Below, piece by piece: positions 23,789 through 34,147 of a stretch of DNA of 64,000 bases (position 1 is its first letter; the number at the start of each line of letters is the position of its first letter). The notes beneath the pieces are model-generated. The model was not told the DNA's origin. It saw only the letters and a list, made by a program, of their open reading frames with translations, and ran no database searches. The position numbers were made by a program, and so were the translations under genes. Source of the stretch: Cyanobacteria bacterium P01_F01_bin.150 (GTDB lineage Bacteria; Cyanobacteriota; Cyanobacteriia; CAKZMO01). The stretch lies in the NCBI GenBank assembly GCA_039189765.1, contig JBCCYL010000006.1:1-64000 (forward strand). Reading direction: 5' to 3'.

Positions 23789-24370
23789 ATGCTAACTCAC
23801 AATTCTAGTTCCATGTCCGTCTCCTATGCCCCAGTCATACCCCCAATCCTTTTTATTGATCCTAATATTGACCAACCTCATTATCTGGTTGTAGGTGCTA
23901 GCCCCAAAGCTGAAGTAATCTTGCTCGACCCTGGGCAGGATGGCATTGAGCAAATTACCAAAGTCCTCCAACAACGTACCAACAGCCCTGACATTCACAT
24001 TATTGCCCACGGTGCCCCAGGCTGTCTCTATTTAGGCAACAGCGAGCTGAGCCTCGATACCCTAGCTAACTATGAAATGCAGCTAAAAAAATGGCAGGGG
24101 CAAATTTGCCTTTACGGCTGTCACGTTGCGGCAGGCGATACCGGTACCGAGTTTCTGAAAAAACTCTACCATCTCACGCAGTCTTCCATCTATGCGTCTA
24201 CGACTAAAATCGGTCATGCATGCTTTGGCGGCAACTGGCACCTTGATGTTCAAATCGGAGCAGGAACCCTAACCGATTCGCCCAATCCATATCCCTCCCT
24301 TCCGATCTCCCCAGTCACCTTAGCTACCTACCCCAGCACCTTGAAAAAATCTCATGACGTACCGCTATAA
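23789..24370 (+). CDS. Stand-alone DUF4347 domain protein
   Basis: ILFIDP...ILLDPGQDGIEQIT...IHIIAHGAPGCLYLG...ICLYGCHVAAG...FL..L...YAST..IG...GGNWHL. RBS gagga/aggaag before the ATG at 23789. Confidence 0.85.
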   Translation: MLTHNSSSMSVSYAPVIPPILFIDPNIDQPHYLVVGASPKAEVILLDPGQDGIEQITKVLQQRTNSPDIHIIAHGAPGCLYLGNSELSLDTLANYEMQLKKWQGQICLYGCHVAAGDTGTEFLKKLYHLTQSSIYASTTKIGHACFGGNWHLDVQIGAGTLTDSPNPYPSLPISPVTLATYPSTLKKSHDVPL

Positions 24371-27300
24371 CCAATTGCCCATCATTACAAACGGACTCCA
24401 ATAATAAGGCGTACTAAACCGAGGATCCTGCATTAGAGCTAGCTGCGCCTGGCGAAAGGCCTCGGCCTTAGTCGTTTCAGGCTCAGCCAGCGCCTTGTAA
24501 AAATAATCCATAAATACAGCCGTAGCCCGGTCGTCCAAAGGCCATAACCCGGCCAGGGCACTGCGCACTCCTGAGCGAATGGCCATCCCTGCAATGCCCA
24601 ACACCGCTCGACTATCCCCCGCTGCGGTTCTACAGGCGCTAAAGACCAGTAGCTCGATGGGAGTATTGCCCGTGCGATCGCGACTCTGCAACAACGTCCC
24701 CAGATCCTTAATATTTAGCTTGCCGTCCCAAGTCAAAATAAAAGTATCCTCCGCGCTCGCGCCAAAGGTGCCATGGGTAGCCAGATGAATCACGTCCGCT
24801 GGCGTGGTGGCCAAACTCTCGGCAAGATTGGCTCGGGTCAGCTCTTGATTAAATAGCACCTGGTGGTCGGGAATTTGGGTTGTAATTTGCTCAATCTCAT
24901 CACTGACAAAGGGCAAAGGAATAAACCCTGGTCGAGATTCGCTAATGCCTCCCGCTAGCATCTGTAAGCCCTCCCGTTCCAGGGGCTGGGGGTCCAACAA
25001 ATTAAGACCGGGAGAGAGCACCACGTTGTACTGCTCGACTAAATACTGGTCTCCAGTATGCAATGCGGTAAGGGGTAACGTTCGCAAGGCCCCATCGGCC
25101 ACAAATACCAGGGTCTCAATCTGCTGTTCCTTTAGTGCATCCTCTACCGGAGCAAGAATCCAGTCATATACCTGCTGTAGCTGCTGGGTTGTGCTGGGCT
25201 GCCCAGACCCCAGAGCAGTGGTGAGCGTCCCTAGTAACTGATTAGCCGTTTGCTCCACCTGTTCAGATGAAATCGATGTACTATGATGATGCGTTGGCTG
25301 GCCCGCCACGCTAACAATCACATCTAGGCGATCGTCCAGCACAATGGGGTAAATCACCGCCGCCGTTGGGTCAACCTCATCTGCAATAATTGGCGTTGTC
25401 TGTACACAGGCATCCTGAAAATAGTCCTGTAATTCCGCTAGCTGCAACTCTTCAATCAAGAGTCTGGCCTGGGTCAGCTGGGCTGGGTCTACCGACTGTC
25501 CTGACTCACTCTGTAGCAAAAGCTTGACCAGATCCCGATAGACTGGCTCCACCGTATCGCGGAAGGTAAACTGGACATCTTCACTGCTGGCAATTAAATC
25601 ACCCCGCAGCGTATCCAGGGCGTTTACGGCTTCGGTATAGGCGGCAATAGCTCCGGGGCGATCGCCCTGTTTTCGTCTTAACTGCCCCAACTGCTCCGCC
25701 CATCGATACACCATCACAGAATCATCTAGCTCTTGGGCCTGCTGCAGTGCCATTTCCGTCAATGCTTGAGCCTGGGTCCACTGCTGCGTTTGTTGGTAAA
25801 CCTGGGCCTGATAGCCAAGGATTTGGGTTTGGGCGATCGCATCACCCAAGACTTGGGCCTGCTGGCCAGCGATAAGCAGAAGGCCCATAATGTGGTCGGG
25901 TGACGCCAGATAAGCATTGGATTGCAAAAGGGTGTCCGCTAGATTTAGCTGAGCGTAGACTGCATCTCGACTGGCGGGTAGGGGATTAGCTTGAAAGGTG
26001 GGGGAGATTTCAGCCCAAAGGCTCTGGGCTGCTGCTACGTCTTGGGTAGCAAGAATATCTAGCTGGCTAACCTGCGCTTGAAACTGAGTTAGGGCAGTAG
26101 GAGAGACAGCCTCGGCCTGCTGATAATAGGTTAGGGCTTGGCCTGTATTTGCCTGAGCTTGAGCCGTATGCCCCAGATTGAGCAGAGTGGCACTAGCTAG
26201 AGCAGGTTCGCTTAGGGTTTGGGTCACCGTTAGTGCCGATTCCAGGGTCTGTTGGGATTTTTCAGTCTCGCCTCGCGATCGCAACACCGTCCCCAAGTTT
26301 AATAGGGTCATCGCCTGGACCGACGATGGGGGCTGATCGGCTAATACGGTGGCGATCGCCTCTAGCTCATTCTCCGCCTGGGGATAGAATCCCAGAGACT
26401 GCCATGCCTGGGTTTGATTCAGTCGGATCCGCAGTTCACCTCCACTATTTCCCGCTTGGGCATAGGCATTTGCCGCCTGCTGCCAGGTATTTAGGGCCGC
26501 TTCGGCATGGCCTTGGGCAAACTGTAGACTGGCCTGGGTATTAAAGGTTTGAGCCACTAGTCCGGGATGGGCAGCGGCGAGGTCGGGAGTAAGGATCTGT
26601 TGGGTAGTGGCGATCGCGCTTTGGGCTTGGTCCCACTCCCCCAGATGATGATGGGCCAACGCCAAATTGCTTAAAGTTGACGCATAGGCAAAGGGATCAC
26701 TGCCCTGTGCTAATGTCTCGATGGCTTTACTCCAGAGGGTTGCGGCGGTGCCATAGTCTGCTTGCTGATAGGCTTGTCGGGCGTCCCACAGCAGGTTATC
26801 CAAGGTATTCGCTGAACTGGCGGCCAGCAGAATATCCCCCGTAGTAGCGACACTCCAGGATTGGGCCTCTTGTAGAGCGGTGGTTGAAGTATCGGGTGGG
26901 GTGGTGGCCAACGGACCTAGATCGGGTAGGAGAAATATGCCTGTGGGGTAGCTGGTGGGTTGGGTGGGCAAGCCGCCGCGTCCGATGGCGACAAATTGCG
27001 ATCGCCCCTGTCCGCCATCCACAGGACAGGCATTGGCAATTAGACCACCAGCATCCACCAGACCTGTCGGTAGCTCCACCAGAGACTGAGAGGGGTCAAT
27101 ATCGGGAGACTCAATGGTGACCGAACCCTGTAAGCCAAACTCCGAAGAGGCGGCAATATTTAAAAATTGTTCTCCAAAAAGGGAGGTGGTCGCAATATTA
27201 ATATTGCCGCCGTTGCCCCTAAAGGCGTTGGCGATAATTTGATTGGCTCCATCTGGGAGAGCGACCACAAATTTAGACTGGATATTAATATCACCACCAT

Positions 27301-30300
27301 TGCCTGCGCCTTCATCAATGCCAGCTGTAGCCGTAATCTCACTGCGGCCAGATAACAGCAGAATCTCCCCCAGAGTCAGCGTGATATTGCCTCCATCACT
27401 GCTGGCAGTGGCGGCGTCAACTTCTGAGCCTTGCGCTAGGAAGAGTGAGTCTGCCACGACCTTTATTTCTCCACCAATTCCCTGCCCTTGGCTATTTACG
27501 GTCAGGTTGCTGTTGTTAATTTGAACCGTTCCAGCCTCGATTGAAATAATGCCTCCCCGGCCACTGGCAGTATCGCTCGCATTGGCGATGATGGTTCCCC
27601 GATCCAACGTCAACGTGTCGTCAATCGTCAGGGCGATGTTTCCAGCATCGCCACTGCCTGCGGTGCTGGTTTCCAATACTGCCCCATTCGTCAAGTTAAA
27701 GGTGTCTGCAAAGATATTAATATCGCCCGCATCCCCTGATTCTTGGACACCTGTGGGAGTAGATGTATCTTCAAACGTCGAGGCTGAAACTTCAACACCA
27801 TCCGTCAGGGTTAACCGTTGGGTCCGCACCTCAATATCACCGCCAGGTCCTGACTCACGAGTCTCTACCTCAAGGCGGCCAGGGCCTGCAATCGTAATCA
27901 TTTCTGGCGCAAAAATTGCTAGATCACCGCCTCGCGTTGGACTAAAGGTGGACGCGGAAATAGCAGCCCCTGGAGATAGGGTAATATTTAAATTGGGGGC
28001 TAATTGGGGGTCATCCTGGTCAACGTTGGCATCAAACGGCTGGATGATCAGGCTACCCGCTGGGGCTTCCCCCTTTGTTTCGGCAAGAATGGCCACCTCC
28101 CCAGCTAAATTGATGTTAGAGGCATTGAGAAAGATGCTTCCCCCACCTTCATCATTCGTGGCTGTTTCGGTGGCTGTGGCAATAATCTGAGCAGTATCTA
28201 AGAGGGTAAAGGAGAGGGTATTGATCCCAATATCTCCCCCCCTCCCGGCTCCACTCGTTTTGACTGAAATAACAGCGGTAAAATCCTCCACTCCTTCTCC
28301 CAAGTTCACGGCAGTGGATGCATTGACAATAATCTGACCACCCCCACCCGCTCCCGTTGATTCAGCCAAAATTTCACTGCCGTTGGCAATCGTTATGGTT
28401 TCGCCATTGAGCTGAATCATGCCCGCACCACCCGCCCCCGTCGCATCAGTGGAAATTTCTGCTCCTCGGTCCAAGGTAATATCAGGAGCATTTAAACGAA
28501 TACTGCCAGCATTGCCGTCGGCGGTGCTGATCGCTGACAGCAAAACCTCTGGGCCAGTAAGCACAATGCCACGGCCAGCTCCAATGGTCACTTCACCAGC
28601 ATCGCCCCTACCGTTCGTATTATTAAAAATCTGAGTATTCCCTTGAAGCGTCACAACCCCTGGACTGCTAATTAGAACATCACCGGCCGACTCAATCCCC
28701 TGGGCTGTTTCAAGACGACTGTTGTCAAAGGTCAAGTTTCCAGCCCCAGTCACAGTAATATTTCTCGATTGTCCAGCATTGTCGAAGTCAAAGGGAATTA
28801 GGCCAATAGATGGGATATCAAGCTCTATCGCTGTATCGGTCGCGGTGCTAATATCATCTAGAGTCAGGTCACCAAAACCAGTAATTTCAATGCTCCCGGC
28901 CTCTGCTCCAGAGGCGGCGGTAAAGATGTCTAGATTAGTAATCTGATTATTAGCGGACAAGGTAATACTGCCACTCTGACCCTCATTATTCCCATCATCA
29001 TTTCCATTTACAGAGCTGTCTTCAGATATAGAAGATGCATTGAGATTAGATGTGTCTAATTCCCCAGAAATGTTGCCATTCTCAGCCGTAATCAAAATAT
29101 TGCCACTATTTCCCGATGAACCATTGCGTGCAAATGTAAATGAGTCGATGGAATCTAAGATAGCTATATTGCCGTCTATGGTTGAGATTGCAACATCTCC
29201 GCCATCGCCTCCTGGGGAACGGGTATTGGATGGGCCAGAGAAAGAAAATGCGCTGCCACTCGCTGCCACATCCCCAGATGAGGTCGTTATCGTGATATCC
29301 CCTGCATTACCCCCCATGACCATGCCATCAAATCGGTCTGGAGTATCAACAATGGAGGATGAGTTGATCGATGGTGCGGTGATATCCCCAGAGACAGCGG
29401 CGATCGTAACGTTGCCACCACTGCCGCCTGTAGCCTCCATATCAGTCGCACTAGCATTAACGATCAATACATTTGAGGATGCATTTAGCTCTTCGGTAAC
29501 AACGTCCCCACGACTCGATATCAAAATATCGCCGCCATCCAGTCCAGTGATAGTCTCCCCCGTTGCGCTGGAGAGCGTTGTGCGGGTATCCACGGCCCTA
29601 ACTTGAATCGTGTCGGCTAGGGCTTCATCGGGGAAGAATTGCGTACTTAACGCTACTCGCCCCCCAGAGTTGGTAATGTCACCTGCCACAATATTGGCAC
29701 TCGTTGCCCCACTGGTCCCTGTTGCATTGCCAAACATCACCTGGGCATCGCTACGGTTCTCATTGCCTGGTGCCCCCCCCGGAAGCTGGCTCCACTCAAT
29801 CCCGGTCCGAATATCCAGCGTTGGTTCACCCGTGGCATTAACCGTAACGGTCTGAGTGCCTCCTACCCCATCGGTAATGGTGGCCGTTACGCTATCAGAT
29901 AGATCCTCCGCATCGGTAATATTGATATTGCCCGTACCGTCGTTGCCCACCGTGACCTGGCCCCCTGCCAGCACATACAGCGATCGCCCCTCATAGTCGT
30001 CACTAATTTGCACATTCCCATCCGCTCGAATCACATTTTCATGGGGAATTAGAAAATCAACATTAGTTCCAGCCAAGTTCTGGGTCAAGAAATACCCATC
30101 AGTAGTGAACCCTCCTGCCTCCAGACGACGCTCCTCCCCTCGAAGTGTAATATCCCCTCCAGCCTGTAGGTCTCCACTAATATCCAAAACGCCTGCGGCC
30201 AAAGTGAGGGCCTGATCCACCGATAAGGTTGACTGGTTAACTTCAAGCGCCCCTGGATTTGACCCCATCCCTAACCCCAGGGGCATATTGAACGTCAGCA

Positions 30301-30790
30301 GCGGTGGTGTATCGGTATCTGCCGCACTAAATGCGTAATCCTCAAAGAAAATGCTTTCCGCCGTGCTGCCTACAAAGGAGCCGCTGATATCCAGTTGGGC
30401 ATTGGGACCAAAGACAATGCCGTTGGGATTGATCAGAAATAAATCGGCACTCCCCACCACGCCCAATGTGCCGTCAATATTAGAACCATTGTCCCCCGTC
30501 ACCCGCGTCAGAATATTAAAGACGCCGTTTGCAGGAGTGAAGTACACGGCGCGATTGCTGCCGACATTAAATTCTTGAAAGCTATGGAAGAGGTTGCGAT
30601 CGCGTACTGTACCGCCCTCAATCAGATCGGCCGAAACTCCTTCGACTGATCCCCCAAACTGCACTTGAGTTCCCGTGGACCTATCGGGAATAAGCTGGGC
30701 CATAACGGGTTGTGAAGAAATGGAAACGTAGCCCAGGAGAAGGCTTGTTAGAAAAAATGCCTGTTTCTCAATCGGATGTAGATTCATCAT
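24365..30790 (-). CDS. Filamentous-hemagglutinin (TPS) exoprotein fused to TPR repeats and a CHAT (caspase-like) protease domain
   Basis: Signal peptide ending VMA-QLIPD. TPS motifs NLFHSFQEF and LFLINPNGIVFG. Beta-helix G.GG.I.I repeats. FHA tail GRGGLP...EAQSW. TPRs. CHAT motifs LVFVADGAL..LP, IHLATHG, LLVFSAC and SPFVMMGNWL. Confidence 0.92.
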   Translation of the reverse strand: MMNLHPIEKQAFFLTSLLLGYVSISSQPVMAQLIPDRSTGTQVQFGGSVEGVSADLIEGGTVRDRNLFHSFQEFNVGSNRAVYFTPANGVFNILTRVTGDNGSNIDGTLGVVGSADLFLINPNGIVFGPNAQLDISGSFVGSTAESIFFEDYAFSAADTDTPPLLTFNMPLGLGMGSNPGALEVNQSTLSVDQALTLAAGVLDISGDLQAGGDITLRGEERRLEAGGFTTDGYFLTQNLAGTNVDFLIPHENVIRADGNVQISDDYEGRSLYVLAGGQVTVGNDGTGNINITDAEDLSDSVTATITDGVGGTQTVTVNATGEPTLDIRTGIEWSQLPGGAPGNENRSDAQVMFGNATGTSGATSANIVAGDITNSGGRVALSTQFFPDEALADTIQVRAVDTRTTLSSATGETITGLDGGDILISSRGDVVTEELNASSNVLIVNASATDMEATGGSGGNVTIAAVSGDITAPSINSSSIVDTPDRFDGMVMGGNAGDITITTSSGDVAASGSAFSFSGPSNTRSPGGDGGDVAISTIDGNIAILDSIDSFTFARNGSSGNSGNILITAENGNISGELDTSNLNASSISEDSSVNGNDDGNNEGQSGSITLSANNQITNLDIFTAASGAEAGSIEITGFGDLTLDDISTATDTAIELDIPSIGLIPFDFDNAGQSRNITVTGAGNLTFDNSRLETAQGIESAGDVLISSPGVVTLQGNTQIFNNTNGRGDAGEVTIGAGRGIVLTGPEVLLSAISTADGNAGSIRLNAPDITLDRGAEISTDATGAGGAGMIQLNGETITIANGSEILAESTGAGGGGQIIVNASTAVNLGEGVEDFTAVISVKTSGAGRGGDIGINTLSFTLLDTAQIIATATETATNDEGGGSIFLNASNINLAGEVAILAETKGEAPAGSLIIQPFDANVDQDDPQLAPNLNITLSPGAAISASTFSPTRGGDLAIFAPEMITIAGPGRLEVETRESGPGGDIEVRTQRLTLTDGVEVSASTFEDTSTPTGVQESGDAGDINIFADTFNLTNGAVLETSTAGSGDAGNIALTIDDTLTLDRGTIIANASDTASGRGGIISIEAGTVQINNSNLTVNSQGQGIGGEIKVVADSLFLAQGSEVDAATASSDGGNITLTLGEILLLSGRSEITATAGIDEGAGNGGDINIQSKFVVALPDGANQIIANAFRGNGGNINIATTSLFGEQFLNIAASSEFGLQGSVTIESPDIDPSQSLVELPTGLVDAGGLIANACPVDGGQGRSQFVAIGRGGLPTQPTSYPTGIFLLPDLGPLATTPPDTSTTALQEAQSWSVATTGDILLAASSANTLDNLLWDARQAYQQADYGTAATLWSKAIETLAQGSDPFAYASTLSNLALAHHHLGEWDQAQSAIATTQQILTPDLAAAHPGLVAQTFNTQASLQFAQGHAEAALNTWQQAANAYAQAGNSGGELRIRLNQTQAWQSLGFYPQAENELEAIATVLADQPPSSVQAMTLLNLGTVLRSRGETEKSQQTLESALTVTQTLSEPALASATLLNLGHTAQAQANTGQALTYYQQAEAVSPTALTQFQAQVSQLDILATQDVAAAQSLWAEISPTFQANPLPASRDAVYAQLNLADTLLQSNAYLASPDHIMGLLLIAGQQAQVLGDAIAQTQILGYQAQVYQQTQQWTQAQALTEMALQQAQELDDSVMVYRWAEQLGQLRRKQGDRPGAIAAYTEAVNALDTLRGDLIASSEDVQFTFRDTVEPVYRDLVKLLLQSESGQSVDPAQLTQARLLIEELQLAELQDYFQDACVQTTPIIADEVDPTAAVIYPIVLDDRLDVIVSVAGQPTHHHSTSISSEQVEQTANQLLGTLTTALGSGQPSTTQQLQQVYDWILAPVEDALKEQQIETLVFVADGALRTLPLTALHTGDQYLVEQYNVVLSPGLNLLDPQPLEREGLQMLAGGISESRPGFIPLPFVSDEIEQITTQIPDHQVLFNQELTRANLAESLATTPADVIHLATHGTFGASAEDTFILTWDGKLNIKDLGTLLQSRDRTGNTPIELLVFSACRTAAGDSRAVLGIAGMAIRSGVRSALAGLWPLDDRATAVFMDYFYKALAEPETTKAEAFRQAQLALMQDPRFSTPYYWSPFVMMGNWL

Positions 30791-31065
30791 TATCGTGGGT
30801 TCGCTGTTAGGGGAAATTAAGCCATTTCAATCAGAGTTTCCTTAAAAAAGCAGTAGATACATCAATTTACTCCCCACGCTTGCCCGTTTCCGACAGCTGC
30901 GGGTTGATTAATTCTGCAATTTTCCGATACTCATACCCCTCGGCTAAGTTCATTAAATATTTCGTTACCGTTTTTAAGAGTCAGGCACAATTTCCAACAA
31001 CGCCTTCACCTGCCGACCATCTTATGGCGGTCGCAACTCGGGTTAGGACATTTTAGCCCTGCTTA

Positions 31066-31143
31066 CCTGACAAACCCTGACACTTTACCCGACAGAACCT
31101 GACACTTCCTGTCTAGTTTCTGCTGTGGATTTTGACGATAGTG
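31066..31143 (+). promoter_or_regulatory. CYGAC-box promoter upstream of the first FG-GAP gene
   Basis: CCTGAC/CCCGAC at 31066, 31076, 31088 and 31098, then ttcctgtctagtttctg, then GATAGTG at 31137. Homologous to 23664-23731. Confidence 0.65.
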
Positions 31144-31272
31144 GGGTCAACAGAAATAAGCAGTCAATTACGTTTGCATACATGGCGATCGCGTCAGCCT
31201 GGTATTTGGTGACTAAAATCGCAGCGACTAAAACGGCACACACACAACATCAATTTGATACGGGGAATTCCT

Positions 31273-34050
31273 ATGGCTTTTGCGGCAAGTTTCAATCTGG
31301 CGGCCTTAAATGGTCGAAACGGCTTCGTCATAAATGGCATCGATAATAATGACCAATCTGGTATTTCAGTGAGCAATGTAGGCGATGTCAATGGCGATGG
31401 CATTGACGATGTCATTATTGGAGCTGATCGCCTCGGTTCAAATGCCAGAAGCTATGTGGTGTTTGGGGCTAAAACACTCGTCCGTGACGATCTCAATCTA
31501 GCATCCCTCGACGGCAGCAATGGCTTTGTCATCGATAATATCAATAGCAGCTCAATAAACTTTGTTAGTAATGCTGGAGATATCAACGGAGATGGGATTG
31601 CTGATCTGATTATCGGTGCTCCCTTCACTGACAAGAGTGGAAAACCTTCGGTGGGCGAAAGCTACGTGGTGTTTGGAACCAAAGCAGGCTTTGGCTCAAG
31701 CCTCAATGTATCAACATTAAATGGCAGTAATGGGTTTGTTATCAATGGCATTGATGAAGGAGATCGTTTAGGTAGCTCCGTTAGCAATGCTGGCGATGTC
31801 AATGGCGACGGCATTGATGACCTGATTATCGGTGCAGCAGGAGCTGCCCCGAACGGAAATAGTGGTTCCGGCGAAAGCTATGTGGTATTTGGCACGAGAG
31901 CCGGATTCAATAGTGCATTAAACGTCGCAACCCTAGACGGTAACAATGGCTTTGTTATCAATGGCATTAATCAAAATGATTTTTCAGGTACTTCCGTCAG
32001 CAGGGCTGGAGATATCAATGGAGATGGCATCGACGACCTGATTATTGGTGCCACTTTTGCTGGCCTAAATGGCAACTCTAATGTGGGTGAAAGCTATGTG
32101 GTGTTTGGAAAGAGGGAAAAATCTCCAAGCATTAATCTCTCAAGCCTAAATGGTCTAAATGGCTTTGCCATTCAAGGAATTCGTCCTAATAACTTTTCTG
32201 CTAATTCAGTCAGCAACGCAGGTGATGTCAACGGAGATGGGATTGACGACCTGATTATCGGCACACTCCAAGATAGCCCGAATGGCAATGATAGCAGAGG
32301 GGAAAGCTATGTCATTTTTGGCTCCAAAGATGGCTTTAGCCCAAACCTCAATCTTGCTAATCTGAATGGCCAGAATGGATTTTCGATTCAAGGCATTGAT
32401 AGTGCATTTTTTGCACCCTCAGTCAGCAGTGCAGGGGATATTAATGGCGATGGTATTAGTGACATTATTATTGGTGCAGTAAGAGCTGTACAAGGTATAA
32501 ACCCTTCTGCAGGCAAAAGCTATGTCGTGTTTGGGTCTAAGCAAGGATTTAATGCCAGTCTCGATCTAGCCTCACTCAATGGAACCAATGGCTTTGTTAT
32601 CAACGGTATTGATGATGGCGATCTTTCAGGGGCTTCAGTGAGCAGTGCTGGAGATATCAATGGGGATGGGATTGCTGACCTGATTATTGGTGCTCCCCTC
32701 GCTGACCCAAATGGAAGCTCTGCGGCAGGGGAAAGCTACGTTATCTTTGGGATGCCGACCATCAGCCTAACGGCATCGGATCTGACGGCGATTGAGGGAG
32801 GCAAAGCTGCTCAGATCACCATATCGCGGGGTGTAGCATCCGTCGGCGACCTATCGGTGGCGCTGGCTCTTGGGGGGAGTGCTAGCAGTAGCGATTATCG
32901 CTTTAACACCGGAACCCTTAGAGCTAATGCGCTAACCGTAACCATCCCAGATGGACAAACCAGTGTAGCGGTGGAGGTAATGGCCACAGATGATGCCTTG
33001 ATTGAGGCCAATGAAACTTTGGCCCTAACAGTGGCAAATGATTTGGAATACAGTGTCAGTCCGACCAACAACCGCAGTAATTTAACCCTATTGAGTAATG
33101 ATGTCCCAGGCTTTACCCTAAACAAAACAACAGCGACGGTCAGCGAAACGGGCACTACGGACAATGTGACGGTGGTGCTGGATGCCCAACCCACCTCGGA
33201 CGTGGTCTTGAGTATCACCAGCAGTGATATCGGAGAAGTGACGCTCAATCCAACTACGCTCACCTTCACCGCCGCAAATTGGAATCAGGCCCAAACCGTT
33301 ACCCTCAAGGGAGTCGATGACACAGCCGTTGACCTGAATCAGTTGAGCACGGTCACTGTAAGTGTGGTGGATGCCAGCAGTGATGACACCTTTGATGCTC
33401 TGGTAGACCAAACGATCGCTGTGACCACTACCGACAACAATCCACTGGGCAATATGGGGACATTGCCACGGCGCAATCAGAAGGGCCGAAGGGGCGATCG
33501 CATCAGAGGCAGTAACAAGGCCGATAGACTCACAGGCACAAACGGTAAAGATGTCATCCTGGGCCGTAATGGCAGAGACAAGCTCAAAGGGGGCAACAGT
33601 CACGATGATATCCGAGGCGGAAAGGGGAATGACAAGCTCTTTGGCGGCAAGGGGAATGACGAGCTTAGGGGTGGCAAGGGTCGGGATCGACTGGTGGGTC
33701 AACAAGGCAACGATCGCTTAGTGGGCGGCTTAGGCAATGATGTTCTTATCGGTGGTCCAGGTCGGGACACCTATGTTTACCAGAGCCTCAGGGATGGTCA
33801 AGATAGCATCAGAAAATTCGAAGTGAATAAGGATGTCTTTGACCTCACTGAAATCTTCAAGAATCCAATCTTTACAGGTGATAACGATTTCCTCCGATTT
33901 ATCAACTATGTTGAGCTAGCAGAAGTCAACGGCAGCACTGAAGTCCGGGTTGATGCAGATGGCAGCGGCAGCAGCACTGCAATGATTACCCTGGCCGTTG
34001 TTGAAGGGCAAACCGGACTCAGTTCCACCAACTTTGTGCTCAGTGCGTAA
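31273..34050 (+). CDS. FG-GAP (integrin-alpha-like) beta-propeller + Calx-beta/Ig-like + RTX protein with a type I secretion-type C-terminus, paralog 1
   Basis: Seven GD(I/V)NGDGI.D.IIG repeats; DDALIEANET; GGxGND repeats; DTYVY...D.I..F....D.FDL tail. Confidence 0.9.
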   Translation: MAFAASFNLAALNGRNGFVINGIDNNDQSGISVSNVGDVNGDGIDDVIIGADRLGSNARSYVVFGAKTLVRDDLNLASLDGSNGFVIDNINSSSINFVSNAGDINGDGIADLIIGAPFTDKSGKPSVGESYVVFGTKAGFGSSLNVSTLNGSNGFVINGIDEGDRLGSSVSNAGDVNGDGIDDLIIGAAGAAPNGNSGSGESYVVFGTRAGFNSALNVATLDGNNGFVINGINQNDFSGTSVSRAGDINGDGIDDLIIGATFAGLNGNSNVGESYVVFGKREKSPSINLSSLNGLNGFAIQGIRPNNFSANSVSNAGDVNGDGIDDLIIGTLQDSPNGNDSRGESYVIFGSKDGFSPNLNLANLNGQNGFSIQGIDSAFFAPSVSSAGDINGDGISDIIIGAVRAVQGINPSAGKSYVVFGSKQGFNASLDLASLNGTNGFVINGIDDGDLSGASVSSAGDINGDGIADLIIGAPLADPNGSSAAGESYVIFGMPTISLTASDLTAIEGGKAAQITISRGVASVGDLSVALALGGSASSSDYRFNTGTLRANALTVTIPDGQTSVAVEVMATDDALIEANETLALTVANDLEYSVSPTNNRSNLTLLSNDVPGFTLNKTTATVSETGTTDNVTVVLDAQPTSDVVLSITSSDIGEVTLNPTTLTFTAANWNQAQTVTLKGVDDTAVDLNQLSTVTVSVVDASSDDTFDALVDQTIAVTTTDNNPLGNMGTLPRRNQKGRRGDRIRGSNKADRLTGTNGKDVILGRNGRDKLKGGNSHDDIRGGKGNDKLFGGKGNDELRGGKGRDRLVGQQGNDRLVGGLGNDVLIGGPGRDTYVYQSLRDGQDSIRKFEVNKDVFDLTEIFKNPIFTGDNDFLRFINYVELAEVNGSTEVRVDADGSGSSTAMITLAVVEGQTGLSSTNFVLSA

Positions 34051-34147
34051 TTGACTTTATTCATTTGATTGAAGGTCAGGGTACAGAAATCTCAGCAACG
34101 ACAAACAGTACACACACAACATACATTTGATACTAGGAGGAGTTCCC

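Noticed and set aside
27160..30578. Many plus-strand ORFs within the FHA gene, and similar ones in 58897-62046 and 62389-62889
   Set aside because: They are antisense shadows of Gly/Thr/Asp-rich repetitive coding sequence.
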